DNA of 31,445 bases. Origin: an uncultured bacterium. Lineage in GTDB: Bacteria > Ratteibacteria > UBA8468 > B48-G9 > JAFGKM01. Positions within the stretch are counted from its first letter, which is position 1. Each line of letters opens with the position of its first letter. Shown here one piece after another: positions 1 to 10,045 of the stretch. The translations under genes were made by a program, and so were the position numbers. The notes below the pieces were generated by a model. That model was given only the letters and a program-made list of their open reading frames with translations. It searched no databases and was not told the DNA's origin. The stretch lies in assembly GCA_964406415.1 (NCBI GenBank), contig CAYORP010000218.1, positions 1 through 31,445 of the forward strand, given 5' to 3'.

Positions 1-45
1 CTGAAAGGGGAGTGGAAAAGTGATACAATAGAGGAGGTTGACTAA
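1..45 (+). CDS. Probable 3' end of an upstream gene (partial; [14 protein letters not shown])
   Basis: Frame 1 is open from base 1 to TAA at 43-45, 1 nt before ATG 47. The AGGAGG SD for the next gene (32-37) lies inside it, matching the coupled layout of the rest of the operon. Confidence 0.45.
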   Translation: MKGEWKSDTIEEVD

Positions 46-46
46 A

Positions 47-763
47 ATGACTTACTTAAATCCGCCTCAAAATCGGACAAATGTCTGGTATAAACACAAC
101 AGAGGATTTACACTGATAGAGTTGCTGGTGGTGATAGCGATAATCGCTATCCTTGCGGCAATGCTACTCCCCGCTCTCTCCAAGGCAAGGGAAAAAGCAA
201 GACAGGCAAGTTGTATGAGTAATCTAAAACAACTTGGAATAGCCCTTGCTATGTACAAAACGGACTACGACCATTTACCTGTGAATTTTGTGTTTACAAG
301 CAGCGTGGAGATAAGAGACCTTTTTATTCAGTATTATTTGAAAAACCCAGAGGTCTTACACTGTCCAACACAAAGAACAGGAAGGACTTTTACCTATAAT
401 GGGAAGACCCATATTCTGAGTTATGGGCAGAACTACAATATGAACACAGGAGGAGATGCAGGAAGATATAGCGGGACGGAGTTGATAGGTGGACCAGACC
501 CATCAGGAACAATATACTTCGCTGACTGGAATGGACATAACTATGGGCTTTATATAAGGTGTGGGGAACATGCAACAACCCAGCCTGGCGATATTGATTA
601 CAGACATGGTGGGTTTGCAAACTGTCTGATGGTAGATGGACATGTTGAGGCATGGAAAAAAGAAGCCCTTATACCATACTTCCCATCAGATGTTGTCTCT
701 GAAGGGACAGCACCACCAAACACCTATGGTAAGGGACCTTTAACCTATCACAGAGAAGACTAA
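47..763 (+). CDS. Type IV pilin-like protein, prepilin N-terminal cleavage/methylation + DUF1559-like domain + C-terminal H-X9-DG motif
   Basis: NRG|[22 protein letters not shown] (G|F cleavage, E at +5), [20 protein letters not shown], and [14 protein letters not shown] (exact H-X9-DG, nt 605-640). ATG 47 is preferred over the track's TTG 38 because AGGAGG 32-37 is 9 nt upstream. Confidence 0.92.
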   Translation: MTYLNPPQNRTNVWYKHNRGFTLIELLVVIAIIAILAAMLLPALSKAREKARQASCMSNLKQLGIALAMYKTDYDHLPVNFVFTSSVEIRDLFIQYYLKNPEVLHCPTQRTGRTFTYNGKTHILSYGQNYNMNTGGDAGRYSGTELIGGPDPSGTIYFADWNGHNYGLYIRCGEHATTQPGDIDYRHGGFANCLMVDGHVEAWKKEALIPYFPSDVVSEGTAPPNTYGKGPLTYHRED

Positions 764-886
764 AAAGGAGGTGAATAAAATGAAAAAGAAAGTAAGAGAT
801 TGCTTCATAAAAAACTCTCGCAATGACAACAGAGGGTTCACTTTGATAGAGTTACTGGTGGTGATAGCGATAATTGCTATCCTTGC
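97..886 (+). repeat. 60-nt dispersed direct repeat (97-156 and 827-886) encoding the pilin N-terminal helix
   Basis: Hand alignment gives 54/60 identical nt, all differences synonymous. The rest of the two genes is divergent. Confidence 0.85.
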
Positions 887-1487
887 TGCTATGGTTTTAC
901 CTACCCTTGAAAGGGCAAGAACACAGGCAAAGATGGCAACCTGTATCAACAACCTAAAACAGATAGGACTTGCAACGCATATGTATCTTTTACAATATAA
1001 TGAATACTTTATGGGGCCGACGGTATGGGGATTAACAAGCACAAAGGGAACGAGAGATACTACCTTGCCACTCTATATCCTCTTACAGGAAGGATTTATA
1101 GAAGGGACTATGACATATGATGCTGGTAATGCTTTAAGAGGAGCGAGTGGAACGGTTGCTTGTCCATCAGTTAAAGGATATCAAAGAAGGACATACTATG
1201 TGGCTGATTATGGATATAATTACTATCTTGGGCTTACCGACCCTCCATTTTATAGAAAACTTTCAAAGGTGACAAAGCCATCAGGAACTCTTCTTTTTTA
1301 TGAAAGTATGTATGGATACAGACACTACAAACCAAGTATATGGGAGAATGCTCTCCTTCATGATGTTTATGGAAGACACCAGGAGGTTCCCATACTGAAT
1401 GCTTTGTTTGTTGACGGACACGCAAAAGGGCTCTCTTATGGCGAGTTTATGAGTGGTGGAACAACCACAGACAAACCGATTGAATAA
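780..1487 (+). CDS. Second type IV pilin-like DUF1559-type protein (H-X11-DG variant)
   Basis: NRG|[53 protein letters not shown] 780 is preferred over GTG 771 because AGGAGGT 766-772 is 7 nt upstream. Confidence 0.92.
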   Translation: MKKKVRDCFIKNSRNDNRGFTLIELLVVIAIIAILAAMVLPTLERARTQAKMATCINNLKQIGLATHMYLLQYNEYFMGPTVWGLTSTKGTRDTTLPLYILLQEGFIEGTMTYDAGNALRGASGTVACPSVKGYQRRTYYVADYGYNYYLGLTDPPFYRKLSKVTKPSGTLLFYESMYGYRHYKPSIWENALLHDVYGRHQEVPILNALFVDGHAKGLSYGEFMSGGTTTDKPIE

Positions 1488-1519
1488 TCAAAAAATTTAG
1501 AGCGAAGGGAGATAGTAAG

Positions 1520-4500
1520 GTGACGAAAGTGGTGTTTCTTATTTTTTTGCTTTTCGCAGGGGCTTCCTTTCCTCAAACCAGAATAGTGATTGAAGCAGAA
1601 GATATGAAGGGAGTGGAGAGAAATTTACTCGGCCCAGGTAAAGACTGGCAGACTGGAGAATGGGGAAGGGTTCTCTATCAAAATATGACATTCGGAGGAG
1701 TATGGCAGAGTAGATTAAAGACCGTTATGACTGATGAAAAGGATAACTCCTCCGAAATATATTCTGACCTTGAAATCCCTGAGACAAAGAATTATAAGGT
1801 ATGGGTAAAGTATGAATGTCCGCCCTTCTACAACTATGCATTTGGTGTAAGAATAGTTGATGAGGGGAAAAAAGAGGTTCTTTTTGACAAAACCTATGGT
1901 CTTATAGAATCTCCAAAACACTTTTCATTCAAGAAAGATATTTTAAGAGGGAGTTTATACTGGACATGGGGGATAGACCACGATGCAGCAGAAGGATATG
2001 AGGTAGACCTGAAAAAAGGCATATACAGAATCTATATTTATAAGACAAAGAATCCACCTCCAGCAGGGCCAAGAAGTATTGATGTGGTCTTTATCACAGA
2101 CAGGATTACAGAACTCTCTTCTCCTGACTATCCAAGATATCCACTCCTTGATGAACTGAGGAAGACAAATAAAGCCTACTTCAGATTTTCAAATCCATCA
2201 GAATCGCCACTAAAACTGAGGTGGACCAGGTGGGCACACAGGTATCCTGATTTCTATTATCCTGCCACACCTAAAGAAATACTTTTTTATGACGAAGAAG
2301 GGGATGCAAAAGGGAAGGTAAAACTAAAGGATTTAATTGAGGTTGACGGTAAGAGTAAAACTCTCTGGTATAACTTTGGTCCGGTAATGAATGTTGAGAG
2401 TAATTCTGTCTTTTCATTTATGCCTGTTGAGAATATAGAGAAGGCAAAATTCAGGATTGAGGTCTCACTGAATAGAAAAGAGGTTATAAAGGAATTTGAG
2501 TTTCAGCCAGAAAAAGGAGAAAAAGAACTTTCCTTTGTGCTCCAACCAGACATCAATACAAAAGAGGGACAAATCTATTCAAAGAAGGTTATAGATATCT
2601 ACAGAGATATTACAAAGGAACTTGCAAGAGAAGAAAGAATAGGACCAATCCCAGAGAAATTAAAACTATTCGCCAGCACTGGGGGCGCATCCGTTCTGTA
2701 TAAAGGTGAGATACCATGGGATTTTGATGTTACTCAGGAATTCAGATATGCACTTGGACTTAATACAATACCCGGAAATACATTCAATAAAGGTTATATT
2801 GATAAGATGGTTGAATGGCGGGAAGATAGGAAGGCACCTCTAATCAAGAGGTCTCTTTCATACCACCATAACCAGAATATTAAAGATGTTGTAAAACGCC
2901 TTAATGATAAAAGACTAAATGACTATTTCCATTACCTGTCTTACGGAGATGAGATTGGACTTCCAAGAATAAACCCGGAAGATAAAGGAGTGGTTGATGA
3001 ATTTATAAATTTTCTAAAAGAAGAGGGTGTAACACCGCAGAAACTCGGACTTAAGGGGTGGGAAGATGTAAGACCGCTGAATTCTGTCTCTCCTGATGCC
3101 GCAGTAAAGATAGGTGTTGTATCAGAAGACGAGAAAGAAAGTGAAACAGCGGAAGTAAAGATGAAAAAATTGTACTGGTACACCCTGAGGTTCCAGGAGA
3201 AGAAGGGGATAGAGACATTTGCTGAAAAGACAAAAGAACTGAGAGAAAATCTGGGAAAAGAGGTAAACACAACCGCAAACCTTGGAGGTATGCATCCATT
3301 TTATTGGGTAAGCCAAACATCCTTTATAGAAAGTTTCAAGAAAAACGCTATGACAATTGCATGGAGTGAGCCCTACGCATGGGCAATGCCAGAGGCAAGT
3401 AACCTCGTGGTTGACTTTGAGGCATCCTACCTTAGAAAGGGGGCATCTTATCATAATACACCAATGATGTTCTACTGTATGCCCCACTTCCCGGGGAATA
3501 CCCCTGAAAATTTTCTGCAGACAGCAGTAATATTATGGATGAATAATGTCAAAGACCTTGAATTTTTCTGCGCAGGGCCGGATGCCTTCTTCACTGAAAA
3601 CTATATCTCTTATAGATACGGGATTGATATGTTTAAGATGATAAGGAAAATCTCAGGTATATCTGGCTTGATTGAAAAAGACATTCTTCCTGCAATGGTC
3701 AAGGAAACACCTGTTGCATTTCTTGTAAGCCAGGCATCTGATGTATGGGAAACTGCAGGGAAAGGACAGAGGGAGATTAAGCCAAACAGTGAAGGAACAA
3801 ACATTTTTCAAGAAGAACGAAAGTCTCTGTGGTATGCGCTGAGAAGGGCAGGATACAGGGTTGACATCCTGACTGAAAATGATGTTAAGGAAGGGATTGC
3901 AGATAGATACAGGGTTATATATTCAGCAGGTAGCAATACAGAAAGTAAAGCAGGAGAAAGACTGAAAAAGTGGGTGGAAAGAGGCGGAAGACTATTCTTG
4001 ACATCCGCCGCAGGCAGGAAAGATGAATTTGACCAGAGGTCAGGTATCATTGACGAAATCTCAGGGAGAGGGAAGCAAACTGATTTTAAACAGTATGCTG
4101 GACCACTGAGAGCAAAACTTGAACTTTTGTTTGAGGAAAAGATTGATGAAGTCTCTATCAAAGATGAATCAATGGATATATACTGCGTAAAGGAGAACTT
4201 CACTCCTTCACCTGACGTTACCATTATATCAAGGTATAAAGATGGTAAACCCTCTTTCATTAAAAAGAGATATGGCAAAGGGACGGTTTACTACTCTGGA
4301 TTTCTGCCCGGCATCACATATGTCAAAAAAGGGATGAGGCAACTACCTATGGGGAAAGGTGGTGGAGACCAGAGTTTTTGTCATTCAGCAGCCCACCACC
4401 TTGAAATTGAGAACCCAGACAAGATGGCTGAGAGTATAATTCTACTTCCACTTATTGAGAGCGGTATTAAACCAGATGTGTCTGCACAGGATGGGATAGT

Positions 4501-4723
4501 AACAGGTCGGCTTGAAAGCAGTCTATCAACAGTCATCCCGGTTGTAAACCTGAAGCAGAAAAGACTTGAAGATATAGAGATAGCGGTGAAGGATGTAAAG
4601 ATGTGCAGAGGTGTATGGTCTCCATTTTTCAAGAGAGGATTGAAATACAGAACTGTGGAAGGTGGGATAGTCGTTAGAGTCCCAGAGATTGGTTCTGCTG
4701 ATATCCTCATAATAAAAAAATAA
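1520..4723 (+). CDS. Secreted clan GH-A / GH42-like glycoside hydrolase, paralog A (N-terminal CBM-like domain, TIM barrel, GH42-type trimerisation/GATase-like domain)
   Basis: Hydrophobic signal peptide; IEAED-type beta-sandwich start; YGDE (E478) and AWSE (E617) candidate catalytic Glu pair; PVAFLVSQASDVW...RVDILTE...LKKWVERGG typical of the beta-galactosidase trimerisation domain. GTG start with GGGAG SD. Substrate not assignable. Confidence 0.75.
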   Translation: MTKVVFLIFLLFAGASFPQTRIVIEAEDMKGVERNLLGPGKDWQTGEWGRVLYQNMTFGGVWQSRLKTVMTDEKDNSSEIYSDLEIPETKNYKVWVKYECPPFYNYAFGVRIVDEGKKEVLFDKTYGLIESPKHFSFKKDILRGSLYWTWGIDHDAAEGYEVDLKKGIYRIYIYKTKNPPPAGPRSIDVVFITDRITELSSPDYPRYPLLDELRKTNKAYFRFSNPSESPLKLRWTRWAHRYPDFYYPATPKEILFYDEEGDAKGKVKLKDLIEVDGKSKTLWYNFGPVMNVESNSVFSFMPVENIEKAKFRIEVSLNRKEVIKEFEFQPEKGEKELSFVLQPDINTKEGQIYSKKVIDIYRDITKELAREERIGPIPEKLKLFASTGGASVLYKGEIPWDFDVTQEFRYALGLNTIPGNTFNKGYIDKMVEWREDRKAPLIKRSLSYHHNQNIKDVVKRLNDKRLNDYFHYLSYGDEIGLPRINPEDKGVVDEFINFLKEEGVTPQKLGLKGWEDVRPLNSVSPDAAVKIGVVSEDEKESETAEVKMKKLYWYTLRFQEKKGIETFAEKTKELRENLGKEVNTTANLGGMHPFYWVSQTSFIESFKKNAMTIAWSEPYAWAMPEASNLVVDFEASYLRKGASYHNTPMMFYCMPHFPGNTPENFLQTAVILWMNNVKDLEFFCAGPDAFFTENYISYRYGIDMFKMIRKISGISGLIEKDILPAMVKETPVAFLVSQASDVWETAGKGQREIKPNSEGTNIFQEERKSLWYALRRAGYRVDILTENDVKEGIADRYRVIYSAGSNTESKAGERLKKWVERGGRLFLTSAAGRKDEFDQRSGIIDEISGRGKQTDFKQYAGPLRAKLELLFEEKIDEVSIKDESMDIYCVKENFTPSPDVTIISRYKDGKPSFIKKRYGKGTVYYSGFLPGITYVKKGMRQLPMGKGGGDQSFCHSAAHHLEIENPDKMAESIILLPLIESGIKPDVSAQDGIVTGRLESSLSTVIPVVNLKQKRLEDIEIAVKDVKMCRGVWSPFFKRGLKYRTVEGGIVVRVPEIGSADILIIKK

Positions 4724-4734
4724 AAGGGGGGATT

Positions 4735-7700
4735 ATGGGTTTAAAAATTATTCTTTTGCTTTTTCCTTTCATCTTTTCCGGTCTATCTTTTTCATTTGAG
4801 ATTCCTATGCAGGCAGAAGACTTTAGTCTTGTCTCTGGATGGGAGGTGAACGACTATGGATATTTTCCATCACAGCCTAACTTCTGGTCATTAACAAAGA
4901 TAATAGCAGACCAGTCAGACACACCGGCATCTGCCTATAAGGACTTTGAGGTACCTGAGACAAAGGAATATATTGTCTGGGTAAGATATGAAAGTTGTTA
5001 TGGTTTTGGTTCTGTCTTTAAGGTTTCAGTTGAACAGGATAAAGAGAAACAGGAGGCGGTCTTCGGCAGAAAGGGAGATAGCAAATACTTCCCATTCGGA
5101 AGGGGATATACAGTTCAGGGGCCCTGGCAGTGGCATAACACAGACTATGTATATCAGGGAGGAAGATTTAAACTAAAAAAGGGTAAAGCGAGAATCTATA
5201 TAACGAAGGATACAAATGAAAGACCATCCGCAAAAAGGGTGGTTGACCTTGTTTATATAACAGATGACCTAAACCTAAGACCTGGAAATGACTGGGCATG
5301 GAGGGGAAAGACTGAGCCACCTATTATATCAAGGTTTACCTTACCTGTTTACATAAGGGTTAAGGTTCTTGAAGGGAAGGAACCAATACTTTTGAGTTGT
5401 AAGTACAAGTGGTGGCTGGTTGGCCATGTCAAAGGGCAGATAAAAGACTATTATTTTTCAAAAAAGGGGGTATCTGAAGATATCCCTTCTGTTGAAGACA
5501 GGCTGGAAAAAGGCGATGAGACTGACTGGCAGGAGATAAAGATTAAGCCGACTATGTCACCTGTGTTTATCTTTTCTACAGGAGGGAATAGCAGGGTAAG
5601 GATTGAGGTTGCTGTAAAGGATAAGAAGAATATTGTAAAAAGGCTTTATCTTGAGCCTGAAAAACCAGAAACCTATCTTTTTGTTGGTATCGGGCAGAGG
5701 AAGTTTGAAGAAGGAATTCTCGGGAATGAAAAGGCACTTACATTTGAGGAGTTTTTCAATAGACAGATTCGGTTACTTGATAACTATAAAATTAAAGGAA
5801 AACCTGCAAAAAAACTTTTCCTATGTGGTGCTATAAGAGAGTTTCCATACCTGACCTTCAAACTGGCAAAGGCATGTGGGATTAATGCAGAGTTTTATCA
5901 GTGCCATCCTGAGATATACAGCAAGAACCCTGAATGGAAAGGGTTTAATACATCCACTGGATTTATAACCGTGCAAAACAGACATCTGAATAGAGAGTGT
6001 TATGAAGGGAATTTTGAAAAACTTGAAGCCTCCTACAAAAAAGTGGCAGGAGAATTGAAGAGCAAACTTGGAAGAGAACTGCCGCAGTGGATAAAACTTA
6101 TAGAGGAGAGTGGACCTCCACCACTCACAACGTTAAGAAAATGGGACAAGATAAACGAAGGGTTTAAGAGATATATGGAGAAGAACAACCTTAAGGGATA
6201 TACTCAAATTGGAACCGGCTCTTCTCAAGAGGCAAGACAAGACCCTGTGCTTTTTTATCACTCACACAGATTTAGAGAGATGCTTTTTACGGATGTATGC
6301 AGGGAAGCAACAGGACTGATAGAGAAAACCTTCCCAGAAGGAAGCAGAGCCCATTCTGGAAGTATCAACATATCAGTAGGAGAGGAATACGCCATTGGAA
6401 GAGGGGAAGAGGTCTATGACTTTTTCAAAAGAAGAGGCGTAACAGGATACTCAACTGAGATGTCCTGGGGCCTGGGTGGAATGCCAAACTATATAGGTCC
6501 CCAAACCCATTCATATGAGGGAGCAATAGGGAGGTCGCTTTCAAAATACTACAATGTCCCTATGGGCGCCTATCTCATAAGTGATGGCAACAGAGGATAT
6601 ACAGGTGAGTTTGTTGAACTTGCAAGTTACCCACTCTATGCCAATGGATTTGTCTTTCTTGACTATTACGACTTCGGGTATCCAAGTGGATGTAGCACAA
6701 TAGGTTATCCTGATATCCTCAAGGCAATCAAGAAAGTAAGTTATACAATGGGTGAGGTTGAAGACAGCCTGCTTGATGGAGAGGTTATAAAATCAGATAT
6801 TGCATTAGGTTATTCTGAAACCACCAATATATGGGACCTGTCCATTGAGATGGAAGACAAAAGGTTGCCTGGCAATGCAATATATCCGCAGGAGAGGCAG
6901 AATTTTTATTATATCCTGAGACACCTTCAGTATCCTGTGGATATTCTTTCAGAGGGTGATATCATTGATGGATACATTGATAGATACAAGGTCTTTATCT
7001 TAATTGGAGACCACATCCAGAAGGACGCTGGAGAAAAACTTGCAGAGTGGGTGAAAGATGGTGGATATCTGATATCAGTTGCTGGTGGCGGATTTTATGA
7101 CGAATACAACAGAGAGATAAAGACTATGAAAGATATCTTTGGTATTGAAGGTGCTCAGATTGAAAAGAAAAACCATTTTATGAGGCCGAAACTTGACCTT
7201 CTTTATGCAGAACCTGTTGATAAGATAGAGTTTGAAGAAGGGATATCTCCCATTGACATCTTTGCCTACAGACAGAGTTTTAAGATTAATGGAGGGAAGG
7301 CCCTCGGATACTTCAAAAACGGAGATGCAGGCGCTGTCGTGAACAGATATGGAAAAGGTAGAGCACTGATAATTGGAGGACTTCCCGGAATTAGTTACCT
7401 GAAAGGAACATTCCCCTTATTGCCCTATGGCAGAGGAGGAGATAACGAACTTTCAGGATATATGCCCAAGAAGTTTAATGATAATGTCCGAGAGGTAATT
7501 GGCTACTTTCTGAAAAGTGCTGAAAAACCTGTGATATGTTCAAACCACCTTGTTGAACCTATTCTGATGAAGAGTAAAAGCCAGAAAGAGACCTATTATA
7601 TTTCTCTCATAAACTTTTCTGGCAGAGAAATAAAAAATCTTGAAGTAAAACTTAACCTCGGTAAGATTGAAAACGTAAAAAGTCCATTCTCAAATATCAG

Positions 7701-7776
7701 ATTCAAAAACAACATAGTTATAATACCTGAAATGGAAAGGTTCAACTTTTTGGTCTTAAAAGGAGGGGCAGAATGA
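4735..7776 (+). CDS. Secreted clan GH-A / GH42-like glycoside hydrolase, paralog B
   Basis: Signal peptide; MQAED CBM-like domain; LIEE (E458) and YSTE (E575); IALGYSETTNIW...PVDILSE...LAEWVKDGG. Closest to paralog A (shared QxER, LRxKLxLL and GRGG/GKGG motifs). Confidence 0.75.
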   Translation: MGLKIILLLFPFIFSGLSFSFEIPMQAEDFSLVSGWEVNDYGYFPSQPNFWSLTKIIADQSDTPASAYKDFEVPETKEYIVWVRYESCYGFGSVFKVSVEQDKEKQEAVFGRKGDSKYFPFGRGYTVQGPWQWHNTDYVYQGGRFKLKKGKARIYITKDTNERPSAKRVVDLVYITDDLNLRPGNDWAWRGKTEPPIISRFTLPVYIRVKVLEGKEPILLSCKYKWWLVGHVKGQIKDYYFSKKGVSEDIPSVEDRLEKGDETDWQEIKIKPTMSPVFIFSTGGNSRVRIEVAVKDKKNIVKRLYLEPEKPETYLFVGIGQRKFEEGILGNEKALTFEEFFNRQIRLLDNYKIKGKPAKKLFLCGAIREFPYLTFKLAKACGINAEFYQCHPEIYSKNPEWKGFNTSTGFITVQNRHLNRECYEGNFEKLEASYKKVAGELKSKLGRELPQWIKLIEESGPPPLTTLRKWDKINEGFKRYMEKNNLKGYTQIGTGSSQEARQDPVLFYHSHRFREMLFTDVCREATGLIEKTFPEGSRAHSGSINISVGEEYAIGRGEEVYDFFKRRGVTGYSTEMSWGLGGMPNYIGPQTHSYEGAIGRSLSKYYNVPMGAYLISDGNRGYTGEFVELASYPLYANGFVFLDYYDFGYPSGCSTIGYPDILKAIKKVSYTMGEVEDSLLDGEVIKSDIALGYSETTNIWDLSIEMEDKRLPGNAIYPQERQNFYYILRHLQYPVDILSEGDIIDGYIDRYKVFILIGDHIQKDAGEKLAEWVKDGGYLISVAGGGFYDEYNREIKTMKDIFGIEGAQIEKKNHFMRPKLDLLYAEPVDKIEFEEGISPIDIFAYRQSFKINGGKALGYFKNGDAGAVVNRYGKGRALIIGGLPGISYLKGTFPLLPYGRGGDNELSGYMPKKFNDNVREVIGYFLKSAEKPVICSNHLVEPILMKSKSQKETYYISLINFSGREIKNLEVKLNLGKIENVKSPFSNIRFKNNIVIIPEMERFNFLVLKGGAE

Positions 7777-9056
7777 AAAAGGTCTTATTTCTTCTGGCTG
7801 CGTTGGTCTTTTTTGGTAATCTCTTGAAGGCAGAGGTGCTGAAGGATGCAGTAACTGACAAGAATGAGATAAAAGGAGGAGAAGAGATTGTAAAGATAGA
7901 AGCGACAGTCTCTCAACCGGTAGATGTAAGGGTGAGTGTCTGGAAGGATGATAAGATTATAAGGGTTATTGACAACCTGATACCTGCTCAGATTAAGTAT
8001 TCTACTGTCTGGAATGGAAAAGACCAGAAGGGAGATACAGTAAAACCTGGAAAGTACACAATAAAGGTAGAATCCGATGAGGAGATTATCCTTGATAAAA
8101 CCTTTGGAGAAAATGGAGTAATTGCTGATTTTGTTTCTCCCTTTACCCTAAAGGTTGCCCCTGATGGAAGCATATGGATTATTGACAGGGCAGAGCACTT
8201 CCTATGCAAGTATGACAAGAACGGAAAGGCAAAGAACGACTTTGATGGGGAAAATAGATTAAAGATTGGAAATGCATATAATTTAGATTTTGACAAGGAT
8301 GGATTTATCTACATTTCAAGTGGTGGCCATCAGATGTACAAGATGGACCAGAAGGGGAACATCCTGATGAAATATGGTGGACATAAGGTCGTAAAAGATG
8401 AAAAAGGTAAAGGACATTATCCACCAGAAGGGACCACATGGGGACAGGTCGTTGGAGTTGGGCCAGAAAATAAACTCTACATATGGGCGTTTGGTGGTAT
8501 AGATGCTTATAACAAAGGCTTCCCAGACTTTGGCGGTTTTCTTTACACCATCAGCGGAGTTCTTCCTGCTCATCCTAAAACAACCGGTTACATAGGACCC
8601 TCCGGGATTTCAAATGAACAGACCGGTGAGATTTACTGGCTATGGCATACAGGATGGCTCAGCAAGATGATAGACACAGGCAAGGAGTTAAAAGATGCAT
8701 ATAGATATCCGGGGAATAGGGTTTTTGCATCACCCACAGGTGTGGGAACAAACTGGCTCGGAGAGGTTTATGTTGCAAACTGGGGAAAGAATAGGATTGA
8801 AAAAATCTTTGATACAGGAGGAGCCCTGAACTGGATAAAAAGTATTGGTTCCCCCGGTAAAAATATTGAAAACAGGGAATTCTTTGGGATACATGACGTT
8901 TGGGTTGACGGAGACAACATTTATGTGGTTGAGGATGGAGAAAGAATATACAACTATGAGGCACAAAAGGAATACGACACACCTGGAAATCACAGAGTAA
9001 GTAAGTGGATAAAAAAATTCAAAGAGTCAAAAGAGATAGAGGTAACTGTAAAATGA
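7773..9056 (+). CDS. Secreted FlgD Ig-like domain + NHL-repeat beta-propeller protein
   Basis: Signal peptide; VWNGKDQKGDTVKPGKYTIKV (FlgD Ig-like); NHL-like repeats (SPFTLKVAPDGSIWIID, SPTGVGTNWLGEVYVAN, GIHDVWVDGDNIYVVE). ATGA overlap with the upstream gene. Confidence 0.78.
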   Translation: MKKVLFLLAALVFFGNLLKAEVLKDAVTDKNEIKGGEEIVKIEATVSQPVDVRVSVWKDDKIIRVIDNLIPAQIKYSTVWNGKDQKGDTVKPGKYTIKVESDEEIILDKTFGENGVIADFVSPFTLKVAPDGSIWIIDRAEHFLCKYDKNGKAKNDFDGENRLKIGNAYNLDFDKDGFIYISSGGHQMYKMDQKGNILMKYGGHKVVKDEKGKGHYPPEGTTWGQVVGVGPENKLYIWAFGGIDAYNKGFPDFGGFLYTISGVLPAHPKTTGYIGPSGISNEQTGEIYWLWHTGWLSKMIDTGKELKDAYRYPGNRVFASPTGVGTNWLGEVYVANWGKNRIEKIFDTGGALNWIKSIGSPGKNIENREFFGIHDVWVDGDNIYVVEDGERIYNYEAQKEYDTPGNHRVSKWIKKFKESKEIEVTVK

Positions 9057-9943
9057 AAAAGATACCTTTTGTATGGTCAAATGATGATATATCTTTCGGA
9101 CAATCTGATAAATTTAAAAGGCAGATTGAGTTTCTTGATAATCTGGAGATAAAGGGCAGTTTTTTTGTCGTTCCAAGAAGGGTGGCAAATGGAGAAGAGG
9201 TTATACAGGAGAACGGCAAGATGACACTTGACAGAGACAGCCAACTTTTAGACCTGATTGAAGATGCCAGGAAAAAGGGACATAGATTTTATCAGCATGG
9301 GTGGGTCCATACCCCTTACGAGTGCGGGATACCCGACCTTGAAATGCTTGACTTTTCAGGAGAGGTTAAAAAGCAGTTTTCAACAAGAAGGTTTGAGATT
9401 GAGCAGTCAATAAAACTGGAGGTCATTGTAGAAAAGATTGAACTTGGAAGAAAGGTATGGAGAAAAGCATTCGGAGAAGACTCCCCGGGTTTCCGTCCTG
9501 GCTGGGGAGCATATTGTTCTGACTACTACAAGGCACTTGAAATACTTGGTTTTAGGTGGAGTTCAGCAAGAATATACCTGTGGACCTCATGGGTATGGGG
9601 ACAGGGCATATTTGAGTTTAAAGAGGGGTTCAGAGAAGGGATAACCCCTTATCCACATAAAATTGGTAGAATAATTGAGATTCCCATCGGAGGCGACTAT
9701 GGTTTTAAAGTTAAAGAGCAAGATATTAACAGGTTCTTTAACCTTGCAGTAGAGGAGTTTAATCTGTGCTGGAGTAATGGCTATCCCTTTGTATTTGTTT
9801 CACACTGGCATGGACTTGAAAGAGACGGAACAAACACTGGATATAAGGTGCATCAAAAATTTATCACATATATTATTGAAAGCGAAAGGGCGGATTTTAT
9901 GACTGTGGAAGAACTTTATGAAAAGTATAGAGATAGAAAGTAA
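9053..9943 (+). CDS. Polysaccharide deacetylase-like protein (CE4/NodB superfamily, DUF2334-like), no signal peptide
   Basis: WSNDD, YQHGWVH, FRPGW and SHWH metal-binding/catalytic motifs. Start moved from the track's 9005 to ATG 9053, which forms an ATGA overlap with the upstream stop. Confidence 0.8.
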   Translation: MKKIPFVWSNDDISFGQSDKFKRQIEFLDNLEIKGSFFVVPRRVANGEEVIQENGKMTLDRDSQLLDLIEDARKKGHRFYQHGWVHTPYECGIPDLEMLDFSGEVKKQFSTRRFEIEQSIKLEVIVEKIELGRKVWRKAFGEDSPGFRPGWGAYCSDYYKALEILGFRWSSARIYLWTSWVWGQGIFEFKEGFREGITPYPHKIGRIIEIPIGGDYGFKVKEQDINRFFNLAVEEFNLCWSNGYPFVFVSHWHGLERDGTNTGYKVHQKFITYIIESERADFMTVEELYEKYRDRK

Positions 9944-9950
9944 ATCCTCA

Positions 9951-9979
9951 TTGAATGTCATAGATGGACCCTTTATAGT
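9951..9979 (+). promoter_or_regulatory. Candidate internal sigma70-type promoter upstream of the GH20 gene
   Basis: TTGAAT (9951-9956), 17 bp, TATAGT (9974-9979), in the only gap of about 100 bp in the operon. Confidence 0.55.
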
Positions 9980-10045
9980 ACTGACAAGAAAGACGCAGGC
10001 TAAAACCAACAGATGAAAAACGAGTCGGTTATCTGAATACTTCCG

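Noticed and set aside
1-29. Promoter-like CTGAAA-17-TGATACAAT before the first pilin
   Set aside because: The implied TSS (about 35-37) would cut the AGGAGG SD, and the same bases read as an open frame ending at TAA 43-45, so an upstream gene end is more likely.
7773-9056. Calling the FlgD-domain gene flgD (flagellar hook cap)
   Set aside because: Only the Ig-like subdomain is present, with a Sec signal and NHL repeats, and there are no flagellar neighbours.
9985-10040. GAAAGACGCAGGCTAAAACC, faintly like c-di-GMP-I riboswitch words
   Set aside because: I cannot form the required paired stems or tetraloop/receptor. An Infernal/Rfam scan would be decisive.
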